Positions 36,185 through 45,000 of a stretch of 64,000 nucleotides of DNA are shown here, one piece after another (the stretch's first letter is position 1; the number at the start of each line of letters is the position of its first letter). This stretch comes from Polyangiales bacterium (GTDB taxonomy: Bacteria > Myxococcota_A > Polyangia > Polyangiales > Houyiibacteriaceae), in the NCBI GenBank assembly GCA_046351215.1, contig JAXLYX010000009.1:95758-159757 (forward strand). The letters are read 5' to 3'. The notes below the pieces were generated by a model. That model was not told the origin of the DNA. It searched no databases and saw only the letters and a list, made by a program, of their open reading frames with translations. A program made the position numbers and the translations under genes.

Positions 36185-36201
36185 ATTCGCAATTCGCGAA
36201 T
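36185..36201. promoter_or_regulatory. palindromic operator candidate upstream of the wHTH/NTase pair
   Basis: ATTCGC (36185..36190) is followed by the perfect 10-bp palindrome ATTCGCGAAT (36192..36201). It lies 12-28 nt upstream of the wHTH start codon at 36173, in a locally AT-richer stretch. Confidence 0.45.
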
Positions 36202-36293
36202 GGCGCAACAGGGGCCTCCCCTCGTCCGATGGCATGGCGTGGCACCGCGCCCCTGGCAGGCCCCGAGCCTCCGTGCGCGCTCGAGGCGTTCCG

Positions 36294-37268
36294 TCAGGCC
36301 GCCACGACCATCTCGGCCGTCGGCACTCCCTCGGGCGCCTCGGCGCCGACCTGGAGGCTCTGGGCGAGACGGCGCTCGACCGCGAGGCGATCGGCGACGG
36401 CGGGCGCGAGCGCGCGGCCGACGGCGCGTGCGCTCGGGAAGCGGTGATCCTTCTCGCGGCGGAGGAGGCCGGCGACGACCTCGTCGAGCACGCGGGGGAT
36501 GCCCGCCATGCGGTGCGAGACGCGCGGCGCCTCCTCGCGGAGGATGCGGCGGAGCAGGGCCGAGACGCTCGAGGCGCTGAACGGGAGCTCGCCCGTCAAC
36601 GATTCGTAGAGCGTGACGCCGAGGCCGTAGAGATCGGCGCGTGCGTCGACGTCGGGATTGCCTCCGGCCTGCTCGGGGGAGACGTAGCTCGGGGTGCCGA
36701 AGACGCGGCCGCGCTCGCGGTCCTTCTCGTCGAGCGGCGCCGACTCGGAGGCACAGACGCCGAAGTCGAGGACGGAGACGCGGAGCGCGCCGCCCTCCGT
36801 ACGGTCGAGGAGCACGTGCTCCGGCTTGAGGTCCCGATGGACGTAGCCGGCCTGGTGGACGCTGTGGAGGATCGACGCGAGCCGGAGGCCGATCGCCGCC
36901 GCCTCGTCGGGCTCGAGCAGCCCGCGCCGACGGAGCAGGCGCGAGAGGCTCTCGGAGTGCATCCGCTCGAGCACGATGTAGGGCGAGCCGTCGGGCAGGA
37001 GACCGACGTCGCGCACCGGCACGATGCCGGGATGCGGCACGCGGCGGGCGACCTCGGCTTCGCGCCGGAGCCGGCGCTCGAGGTCCGCGTGATGGGCGAA
37101 CATGGGCCGGAGGGTCTTCACGACGACCGTCGCCCCGTCGGTCAGCCGTGTCGACTCGAAGACCACGCTGGTGCCCCCGACCCCGATGGCCGGACCGATG
37201 CGGTACAGGCCGTCGAGCACGGTGCCACGCAGCTCGGAGCGTTCGTCCGTCGACATGGCACCGGACAT
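36294..37268 (-). CDS. Hanks-type serine/threonine protein kinase (kinase domain plus short tail)
   Basis: The Gly loop is IGVGGTSVVF and the catalytic Lys is in VVVKTL. The catalytic loop is YVHRDLKPEHVLL, followed by DFG (LDFGVC) and the GTPSYVSPEQ activation segment. Confidence 0.9.
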   Translation of the reverse strand: MSGAMSTDERSELRGTVLDGLYRIGPAIGVGGTSVVFESTRLTDGATVVVKTLRPMFAHHADLERRLRREAEVARRVPHPGIVPVRDVGLLPDGSPYIVLERMHSESLSRLLRRRGLLEPDEAAAIGLRLASILHSVHQAGYVHRDLKPEHVLLDRTEGGALRVSVLDFGVCASESAPLDEKDRERGRVFGTPSYVSPEQAGGNPDVDARADLYGLGVTLYESLTGELPFSASSVSALLRRILREEAPRVSHRMAGIPRVLDEVVAGLLRREKDHRFPSARAVGRALAPAVADRLAVERRLAQSLQVGAEAPEGVPTAEMVVAA

Positions 37269-37376
37269 TCGTCGAGGTGCGATCGGGCGTCAAAAAACCG
37301 TACACCGCGACCCGGGGGGCCGCGGTGTGGGTGGGGAGGCTCCGTCAGGGGCGGGGCCCTCGGGCCCCAGCCGGGA

Positions 37377-37895
37377 TCACTGGAAGCCGCCGGCGTCGAT
37401 GAAGGCCTTGAGCTGCGTGAGCAGCGCCGGCGGGATCGCGCCGACGCGGAGCGTCTCGTCCGTGATCGCCGTCCCGTCGCAGCCCGGATGACCCGGATAC
37501 GAGAAGCCCGCCCGGACCGTCGGATCGAAGATCGCGACGATCAGGCTCTGGCTCGAGGTCGGGCCGACGAGGGGCACGCCGTTGCAGGCGGCGAAATTCC
37601 CGACGAGGCCCGCCGCGTTGCCCTTCAGCGTCGTGAACGCGGTCGTGCTCGTGGTCCAGTTCTGGGTCGTCTCGGTCCCGACGGTGAAGCCGGGGGCGCC
37701 GGGCGCGTGGCAGTCCTTGCACATCTGGAACGTCGTCGAGGCGTAGATCGACTGGAACTCGGCGGGCACGCCGGAGTCCGAGCCCATGCCGCCGTCGGTG
37801 ACGGTGGTGCCCGTGTCGAAACAGCCCGCGGGGAAGAGGGCGAGGGCTCCGAGGGTCGTGGAGACGAGGAGGTTCCGGAGGACGTTCCGCTTCAT
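37377..37895 (-). CDS. small lipoprotein with a single CxxCH heme-c motif
   Basis: This is the C-terminal 172 aa of track ORF 37377..41924, starting at ATG 37895. The lipobox reads LALFPAGC and is followed by SIYASTTFQMCKDCHAPGAPG. The start overlaps the upstream stop as ATGA at 37892..37895. Confidence 0.65.
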   Translation of the reverse strand: MKRNVLRNLLVSTTLGALALFPAGCFDTGTTVTDGGMGSDSGVPAEFQSIYASTTFQMCKDCHAPGAPGFTVGTETTQNWTTSTTAFTTLKGNAAGLVGNFAACNGVPLVGPTSSQSLIVAIFDPTVRAGFSYPGHPGCDGTAITDETLRVGAIPPALLTQLKAFIDAGGFQ

Positions 37896-40800
37896 CGTGG
37901 GCTCCCGGGGGATGCGTTCGGGGTCGGTGCTCCGGATCGTAGCATCGTCAGGTAGATTTCGAAGCGCATCCGGTCTTCCCGGGTCCGCGGGCTCGGAAAA
38001 CGCGCCATGAAGTCGTAGGCGGCGGCGAGGTCGGCCTCGAGGTCCCGGTGGAGCGACGAGCGTGCGACGGATCCGTCGAGGACCAGGGCCGCGAGGACCC
38101 GGAGCAGGCGCAGGCTCGTCTCCGTCACGCCGCTCCCCGTCCGCTCGTTGAAGTCGTCGATGCGGGCGAGCCCGCCCTCGGCGAAGCGGAGGGCCTCCGT
38201 CCCCTGGCCGGCGGACGCTGCGACCTCGGCCCGCCGGAGCTCGACCTGGGCGAGGGCGAGGAGGTCCTCGTCCGCCTCGCTCGCCTCGAAGAAGCCCCGG
38301 AGGGCCTGCTCGCGCGCGGCGAGCGCGGTCTCGGCCTCGGGGTATCGGCGGAGGGCGACGAGCGCCTCGGCGCGCAGGCCGAGCAGGAGCGCCGCGTAGC
38401 GGGCGTGGGAGTAGACGTAGTGCTCGACGAGCGAGCCCGAGCCCCTCGCCTCGAGCCCGGGGTTCGCACGGAGGAGCGCTTCGGCCCGCTCGACCGCCGC
38501 GAGCGCGGCCGCCGCCTCGCCGGCCGAGAGGCTCGAGGAGGCGAGGCCGATCTCCGCCTTCAGCCGATCGATCGGCGAATCGTCCGGGCCCGAGAGCGTG
38601 CGCAGGAGCTCTTCGTAGCGGGCCGAGGCCTTCACGAATTCCCCGGCCGCCACGTGCGAGAACGCGAGACGATCGAGCGCCGCCGCACGGAAGGGCGCGA
38701 GCGAGGGGGTGCGATCGACGAGCGCGAGCGCGAGCTCCGCCGAGGCGCGAGCCTGCTCCGGCTCGCGGGCGTGGAAGAAGCTGCGCGAGCGCGCGAGGTC
38801 GAAGGCGAGCTCGGACTCGGGGCTCGTGAACGGAAGACGAGCACGGAGCTCGAAGTGCTCGAGCGCACGGCGGTGGTTGCCGAGCGAGGCCTGCAGCGTG
38901 CCGGCGGCCTCGAGGAGGGCGGCGCGCGCCCGGGGCCGGTCCCGCGCAAGATCGAGCGCGAGGAGGTAGTGCGCGTTGGCCGAGCCGGCGTCCTCGCGCG
39001 AGCCCGTCTCGAGCGCGGCCCGGTGCAGCGTGAAGCCCCAGAGGTGATGCACCTCGACACGCCTCGGCCAGGCGGCGTCGACACGGCGGAGCAGCTCGAC
39101 CACGCGCGCGACGATCTGGGCGTGGCGTTCGGGGTCGCTCACGCCGGGGAGCGTCCGCGCGGCGAGGTAGGCCTTCGCGAAGAGGTAGCCCGGATCGTCG
39201 GGATTCGAGGCGAAGCGCTGGTCGTAGAAAGCCTCGAGATCCTCGGGGCCCCGCGCGAGGCGGGCCTCGATGAAGCCGATGTGTGCGTCGAGCGCCGCGG
39301 CGTTGCGGCTCGCCTGGAAGAAGTAGCCGGCCGCTTCTTGGAGATCGCCCTGCCCGAGCTCGCCGTACGCGCGCTCGACCACGATGGCGCGGTAGAGCTC
39401 CTCGGCGTAGCGACGCTGCGGATCGTCGGGACGCACGCTGCTCGCCCATGTCGTGGCGAACTGGTACTGGAGGAATTCGTTGCCCGTACGCGAGGCCGTA
39501 CGCACCGTGCGGAGCGCGATCGCGCGCCTCCGCTCCGCGTCCGGCTCCGATCGGTAGAGCTCGAAGATGCGCGCGCGCACTTCCTCCTGGTTCGCGTCGT
39601 TCAGCGTGGCGAGCGGTCGCTCGACGTCGAGGAGCAGGGCGAGCTCCGAGCCGTCCGCGGCCCGCGCGCGCGCCGCGTCGATGGCGGCGATGCGCGCTTC
39701 CCGGCCGCGGCCTCGCACGAGCTCGGCGACGTAGTCGCTCGCCTGCTCGAGACGATCGGAGAGCGAGAGCGCGGGATGCCCGGCGAGCTTCGCGCGCACG
39801 TCGAGGAGCGCCTCGCGATCGCCGAGGAGCGCATCGACGTGCTCCGCCCGATCGCCGACCAGGTGGAGCGTGTAGGGATCGGAGAGCGTCGAGACGTCGA
39901 CGGCCCGGAGCTCGGCGAGCGCGTCGCTCTTCTGGCCGAGGTCGTCGAGGATCTCGCTCGCCACGAGCCGTGCGAGCGCCGCGAGGTCCGCGGCGGACGG
40001 TCCCGTGCCCCCGCCCGGCGCGGGCGCTCCGAGGCCCCGCACCTCGGCGAGCCTCGCGCGCTCCTGCTCGACGTACGCACGGCTCAGCTGGCCGCGCGCG
40101 AGGGCGAGATCGGCGCGACGATGGCTCGCGAGCTCGGTGAAGAGCCTCGCCCAGCGTCCGCGCGCGGAGTCGGCACCCGCCTGGGTCGCGATGCGATCGG
40201 CGTAGTAGAGCGCGGACTCGTATTCGCGCAGCTCGAGGTGGAGCCAGACGACCTGCTCGAGCACGTCGAGCCGCGCGTCGCTCGCCGGCAGGCGTTCCGC
40301 GAGCCGGCTCGCGAGGAGGAGCTTCGCCCAGAGATCGCGGGCGACCGCGAGCTCGGCGCGCAGCCGATCTTCGCTCCAATCGGCCGGGACGACGCCGTCG
40401 AGGGGGAGCGAGTAGATGTCGAGCGAGCCGCCGTGCGAGCACGTCATCAGCAACGACTCGCGCGTCGGCGCAGGGTAGTGGCAATTCCAGCGCGAGCTCG
40501 TGAGCTGCTCGACCCTCTGGCCCTCGAAGGGATTCGTCTTCGTCGCGTCGAAGCCCACGCGGACGAGGACGCTGTTGTCCTCGCCGTCGATCGTCCCGTC
40601 GCGGTTCGTGTCGTTCAGGTACTGCGAGAAGTAGAGGTAGCGGCCGTCGGCCGAGAACGCCGGGAAGCCCGAGAGCCCGGGCAGCTCGGGCTCGAAGACG
40701 ACGGGCGAGCCCTCGGGGCCGCGGCTGCCCATGCGCTCCACGCGGAGCCCACGTCCCACGCGGCTCGCGAACGTCACCCCGACGTCGCCCCGCCTCGCCT

Positions 40801-41428
40801 CGATCGCGACGTACGCGAGGTAGCGGCCGTCCGCGGAGCGCGAGAGGCCGATCATGTCGCGCTCGACGAGGACCTCGGAGCGCCCCCCCGAGATCGGATG
40901 GCTCGAGAGCGAGAAGCCGGAGTGCAGCGCCGAGCGGGAGAGCACGCCGAGATGGGAGCCCTCGTCGAGCCAGAGCACCTCGAGCTCGGCCGTCTCCGGG
41001 CCCGTGAGGCAACGTTCGCTCCCGCCCCGGACTTTGCGCACGCACGCGTCGCCCGTCGCATCGCGGACGTAGGAGATGTACGCGACGTGACGCCCGTCGG
41101 GGCTGACCCTCGGGAACGCGTGATCGCCGAGCGCGTCGAAGAGAGGCCGCGCGCCGCTCGAGATCGGCGACTGCACGAGGACCTCGGTCGTGCCGTGCTC
41201 GTCCCCGATGAAGAAGAGCGACTGGCCGTCGGGCGTCGCGACGCCCATCAGGTGGTCCGAGGGCCCGGCCGTGAGCCGCACCGGGATCCGGACGGCGAGC
41301 TCGTCCTCGGGGCCGTCGGCGGAATCGGAGGGTTGCGCGCGCACGGCGGAGGGAGCGGCGAGCGCCATCGCGCCCGCGAGCCCGAGAGCGGCGAGCCTCG
41401 TCCTCGGGTCGGGCTTCAGTCCGCGCAC
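37892..41428 (-). CDS. secreted TolB-like beta-propeller (PD40 repeats) fused to a long TPR/alpha-solenoid region (~1178 aa)
   Basis: Track ORF 37892..41965 trimmed to GTG 41428, which gives the signal peptide VRGLKPDPRTRLAALGLAGAMALAAPSAVRA|Q. PD40-like repeats are TPDGQSLFF, SPDGRHVAYIS, SADGRYLAYVA and SADGRYLYFS. A DTNRDGTIDGED string looks like a Ca-binding motif. About 750 aa of helical repeats follow. Confidence 0.78.
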   Translation of the reverse strand: MRGLKPDPRTRLAALGLAGAMALAAPSAVRAQPSDSADGPEDELAVRIPVRLTAGPSDHLMGVATPDGQSLFFIGDEHGTTEVLVQSPISSGARPLFDALGDHAFPRVSPDGRHVAYISYVRDATGDACVRKVRGGSERCLTGPETAELEVLWLDEGSHLGVLSRSALHSGFSLSSHPISGGRSEVLVERDMIGLSRSADGRYLAYVAIEARRGDVGVTFASRVGRGLRVERMGSRGPEGSPVVFEPELPGLSGFPAFSADGRYLYFSQYLNDTNRDGTIDGEDNSVLVRVGFDATKTNPFEGQRVEQLTSSRWNCHYPAPTRESLLMTCSHGGSLDIYSLPLDGVVPADWSEDRLRAELAVARDLWAKLLLASRLAERLPASDARLDVLEQVVWLHLELREYESALYYADRIATQAGADSARGRWARLFTELASHRRADLALARGQLSRAYVEQERARLAEVRGLGAPAPGGGTGPSAADLAALARLVASEILDDLGQKSDALAELRAVDVSTLSDPYTLHLVGDRAEHVDALLGDREALLDVRAKLAGHPALSLSDRLEQASDYVAELVRGRGREARIAAIDAARARAADGSELALLLDVERPLATLNDANQEEVRARIFELYRSEPDAERRRAIALRTVRTASRTGNEFLQYQFATTWASSVRPDDPQRRYAEELYRAIVVERAYGELGQGDLQEAAGYFFQASRNAAALDAHIGFIEARLARGPEDLEAFYDQRFASNPDDPGYLFAKAYLAARTLPGVSDPERHAQIVARVVELLRRVDAAWPRRVEVHHLWGFTLHRAALETGSREDAGSANAHYLLALDLARDRPRARAALLEAAGTLQASLGNHRRALEHFELRARLPFTSPESELAFDLARSRSFFHAREPEQARASAELALALVDRTPSLAPFRAAALDRLAFSHVAAGEFVKASARYEELLRTLSGPDDSPIDRLKAEIGLASSSLSAGEAAAALAAVERAEALLRANPGLEARGSGSLVEHYVYSHARYAALLLGLRAEALVALRRYPEAETALAAREQALRGFFEASEADEDLLALAQVELRRAEVAASAGQGTEALRFAEGGLARIDDFNERTGSGVTETSLRLLRVLAALVLDGSVARSSLHRDLEADLAAAYDFMARFPSPRTREDRMRFEIYLTMLRSGAPTPNASPGSPR

Positions 41429-42009
41429 GGCTTCGGCTCCCAGCGACCGGCCTCGTCCTGGACCTGCGCGCCGCAGACGACGCGCTGCATGTGCAGCACG
41501 ATCCAGCGGTCGCGCGCCTGATCCTCCGTGGTGTTCGGGCTCTGGGCCGCGACGTACGTCCAGATCTGGCGTCGGTGCACGTTGATGCGTCCGACGAGGC
41601 GTGCGACCTCGGTCGCGTCGACGTCCTGCTGGCAGCTCTCGCTCGTGACCTCGACGAGCCCCGTGCGCGCCTCTCCGACGCAGCGGGCCACGAGCAGCGC
41701 GTCGAGCCGCTCCTCGTCGGGCTCGGCGCGCGCCACCATCTCGTCGACCACGCCGAGCCCGTTCGACTCGCCGCCGCTCGCGAGCTGCTCCCGCGGGATC
41801 GGGGCCGGAGCCGGGGAGATCGCCGCGTTCGAGAGCTCGGTCCGTCGCTCCGGATACTCGCCCGCCGCCTGGCGTTCGAGCGCCGTGTGTTGGCTGACGA
41901 CGGCGACCTCGGGGGCGCGGACACAGCCTCCCGCGAGCACGAGCCCGGAGAGGGCCAGGCGCCACGGAAGGCGTCGGTTCGGAGCGTGGAGTCGAGCGGG
42001 CACGGTCAT
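41416..42009 (-). CDS. DUF1318/YdbL-like periplasmic lipoprotein
   Basis: This is the C-terminal 197 aa of track ORF 41416..44871, starting at ATG 42009. The lipobox reads LSGLVLAGGC. The C-terminus VARLVGRINVHRRQIWTYVAAQ...GAQVQDEAGRWEPK fits the YdbL pattern (N..R...Y..A...G.W.Q...G.W..K). The start overlaps the upstream stop as ATGA at 42006..42009. Confidence 0.65.
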   Translation of the reverse strand: MTVPARLHAPNRRLPWRLALSGLVLAGGCVRAPEVAVVSQHTALERQAAGEYPERRTELSNAAISPAPAPIPREQLASGGESNGLGVVDEMVARAEPDEERLDALLVARCVGEARTGLVEVTSESCQQDVDATEVARLVGRINVHRRQIWTYVAAQSPNTTEDQARDRWIVLHMQRVVCGAQVQDEAGRWEPKPCAD

Positions 42010-45000
42010 GGGGCGGTTCCTCGGGGGCTTTCGCTCGGGGCCGCGGCCTCGGGGCCGGCGACGTGGGGACGATCCCGCGGGAAGAGCGTCTCCACCAGCG
42101 GGGCGGCGTATTCGTCGAGAAGCGGCGCGATCGGGATCGCGCGGATCGCGTCGATGCGGATGGCGCTCGCGAGGCCTCCGAGCGCGACCTCGAAGTCGAG
42201 CAGGCCCTCCGAGGCCACGAGCCGCGCGAAGCGCGGATAGCCGAGGCGCAGCACGGAGCGGACCGTGTTGAGATCCGTGTTCTCGTGGTAGGGGTCGAGC
42301 GCGTCGATGAGCTCGCGCAGGTGCTCGCGGCTCATCCGCACGAGGTGCATCGAGCCGTCGAGGGCGAGGGTCTCCGGCACGAAGCGGATCGCCATGTTGG
42401 CGTCGAGGACCTCGTCCCCTCCGTGCTCCGTGTGGATGCCGGTCGCGTTCCCGCGGAAGGCGATGTGCGAGGACCCCGGCATGAGATCGAGCTCGAGCTG
42501 CCCCGTCAGCTCGCCGCCGCGGTAGCCGATCTGGAGACGATCGATCCGCACGGTCGTTCCGGCGATGCGCACGTTGCCCGCGAGGGGCCCGAGGGTGCTC
42601 CCCTGCCACACGATCCGTTGGGACGTGACGAACGCGTCGGTATTCAAGAAGGGCTGGACGTCGGGGAACCGCGCCCGGGACATCGGGGCCACGCCAACGC
42701 CGGGATCGAGGACGGGGCCGCCCGCGATCAGGGTCAGGGTCTCCTCGATGGGGATCTCCCCGTTCAGGCCTTCGACCGTGAGGCTCCCGTCGGGATTCAC
42801 GAATTCGACGGCCTCGGCCACGAGCCGGGCGAGGGCGCGGTAGCTCTGGAGGTCGCCGGACTGGATCTCGAAGGGGATGCGGAGCCGGCCGCTCGCCCGG
42901 CGTGCGAAGTCGCCCCCGGCGAGCGGCGCGAGGTCCTGCTCCACCGTGCCGCTGAGAGAGAGCGCCTGCCGGCCGTCGATCGCGGCCTCGGAGCGGGCGG
43001 CCCGGCTCGTCATCGAGCCGTCGACGTCGCTCTCGTAGGCCCCGGTCATGCGGATCGAGCCGTGTCCGCCCCCGTTCACGAGCACGAGCTCGCGGATCGT
43101 CAACGCCGACGGATCGGAGTCGATGGCGGCGGTGAGCCGCACGTTCGTGACCGGATAGCCGGGGACGATCGCCTGCTCGACGCGCGCGAGCGCGACGTCC
43201 GCCGTGATCGAGGCGACCTCGGGCACGTCGGCGTCGGGCATCCGGATCTCCACGTGGGGGCGGAAGCCGTGGAGCACGAGCTCGTCGTTGCCGCTCTTCA
43301 CGCGCGCCTCTCCGGCCTCGCCGCCGAGCTCGATCTCCGCGCCCTCGTCGCGCTGCACGAAGTCGAGCGAGAGGGAGACGCGCGGCGTCTCGAGCTCGGT
43401 CCCGTCCTCCCGCGTCGCGTGCAGGCCTTCCACCACGAGCGAGCCGTGCTCTTCGCCGCGCAGACGTGCGAGGACGACGTCCGCGAGCGTCGGGACCTCG
43501 CCGGCGCGGGGAACGCGCGTGAAGACGCCGGCGAGCTTCCCATGGGTCTCGAGCCGCACACCCGAGAGATCGGCCCGCGTGCCCTCGGGGAGGAAGCGCG
43601 CGAGCTCGGGCGCGATGCGCTCGGCGGTGAGGGAGACGCGGTGGTCGAGCGCGCCCGTGGCCGGCTCGATCGTCCCGTGCAGGCTGGCGTCGAGCCTCGG
43701 CGAATCGCCGCTCGAATCGGCGCCGAGGTGCGCCTCGAGATCGTAGACGTGGCGACGGAGGTCGGCCCGGCCCGAGAGCGCGAGGCGGTGCTCGCCCTCG
43801 AAGCGTCCGCTCGAGGTCTCGAGGTCGGTGACGGTGGCCTCGCCCGAGAGCGCGTACGCGCCGCCCTCGCCCACGAGCTCGAGGCGGACGCGCGGGAGGG
43901 CCATCGCGTTCCCGCTCGCGCGAACGTGGCCGATCGGGCCTTCGACGAGCAGGTGGCCTCGGGCGCTCGGGGGGGCGAGGGTCGTCGGCGAGCTCGTCGA
44001 GATCCGCAGCTGGGCGCGCGAGAGCGCGAGCGACTCCTCGCCCGCCGAGCGGACCGAGAGGGCTCCGAAGGGCAGGCTCCCTTCGACGGTGCCGCGATCG
44101 AAATCCGCCTCGAGCGCGGGAGCGAAGCCGGACACGCGCGCGACCTGGCCCGCGCTCGACACGGTGCCCGTCGTCGCGAGGCGGATCGAGGCGCGGCCGC
44201 CGAGCCCGAAGAGGCCGGCCGGATTCCGGAGGAACGCGTGCAGCTCGGTCGAGAGCGAGACGGGCGCGAGGTTCGCGGAGTCGCCCCCGCTCCGCGCTTC
44301 GAGCCGCTCGGCCTCGAGCGAGACGCGGCCTTCGGCGGCCGTGTTCGCCGTCATCGCGCCGACGAGCCCCGCTCCTTCCGCGTGGAGCCTCGGGTGCGCG
44401 AGGCGGGCCGAGGTGCTCGTGCCCTCGGCGAGCGCGAGCCCGTCGAAGGCCACGTCGAGGACGTCCGGTTCGCGCGCGGAGCCCTCCCCGCCGAGGCTCG
44501 TCGGTCCCGAGGGCGCGAGGACGAGGCCGGGCCCGACGAGGGAGGCGACGAGCCCGGTCCCTTCGAGGGACGTCCCGGCCGTCGCGTCCGAGGCCCGGAG
44601 CGAGCGCGAGCGCACGTCGAGACGGAGCTGCACGAGGCGCGGATCGCTGCCGGGGGTCGAGCCTTCCGCGTCGAGGGGAACGTTCGCCTGCGTCGCGAGC
44701 GAGAGCTCGAGGCCCTCGACCCCCGCGGCCTGCCCCTCTTCGGCATAGGACGCTCGCTCCGCCGATGCTCGGAGGTCCAAACGACCCTTCGCACCGTGCG
44801 GGGACAGCTCGGCCTCGTCGAGCACGAGCGTGCCCCGCACGCCTTGCGCGTCGATCCCCGAGGGCAGCCACGCGGCGGTGTCGAAGCGGAGCTCCGCGCC
44901 GCCGCTCGCGCGGGCGAGCGTGGAAGGGCGCGCGTCCTCCACCGTGCCGTCGAGCCGTGCCGTGAGAACGTCGCCGAGGAGGCCCAGGCGGCGGAGCGAG

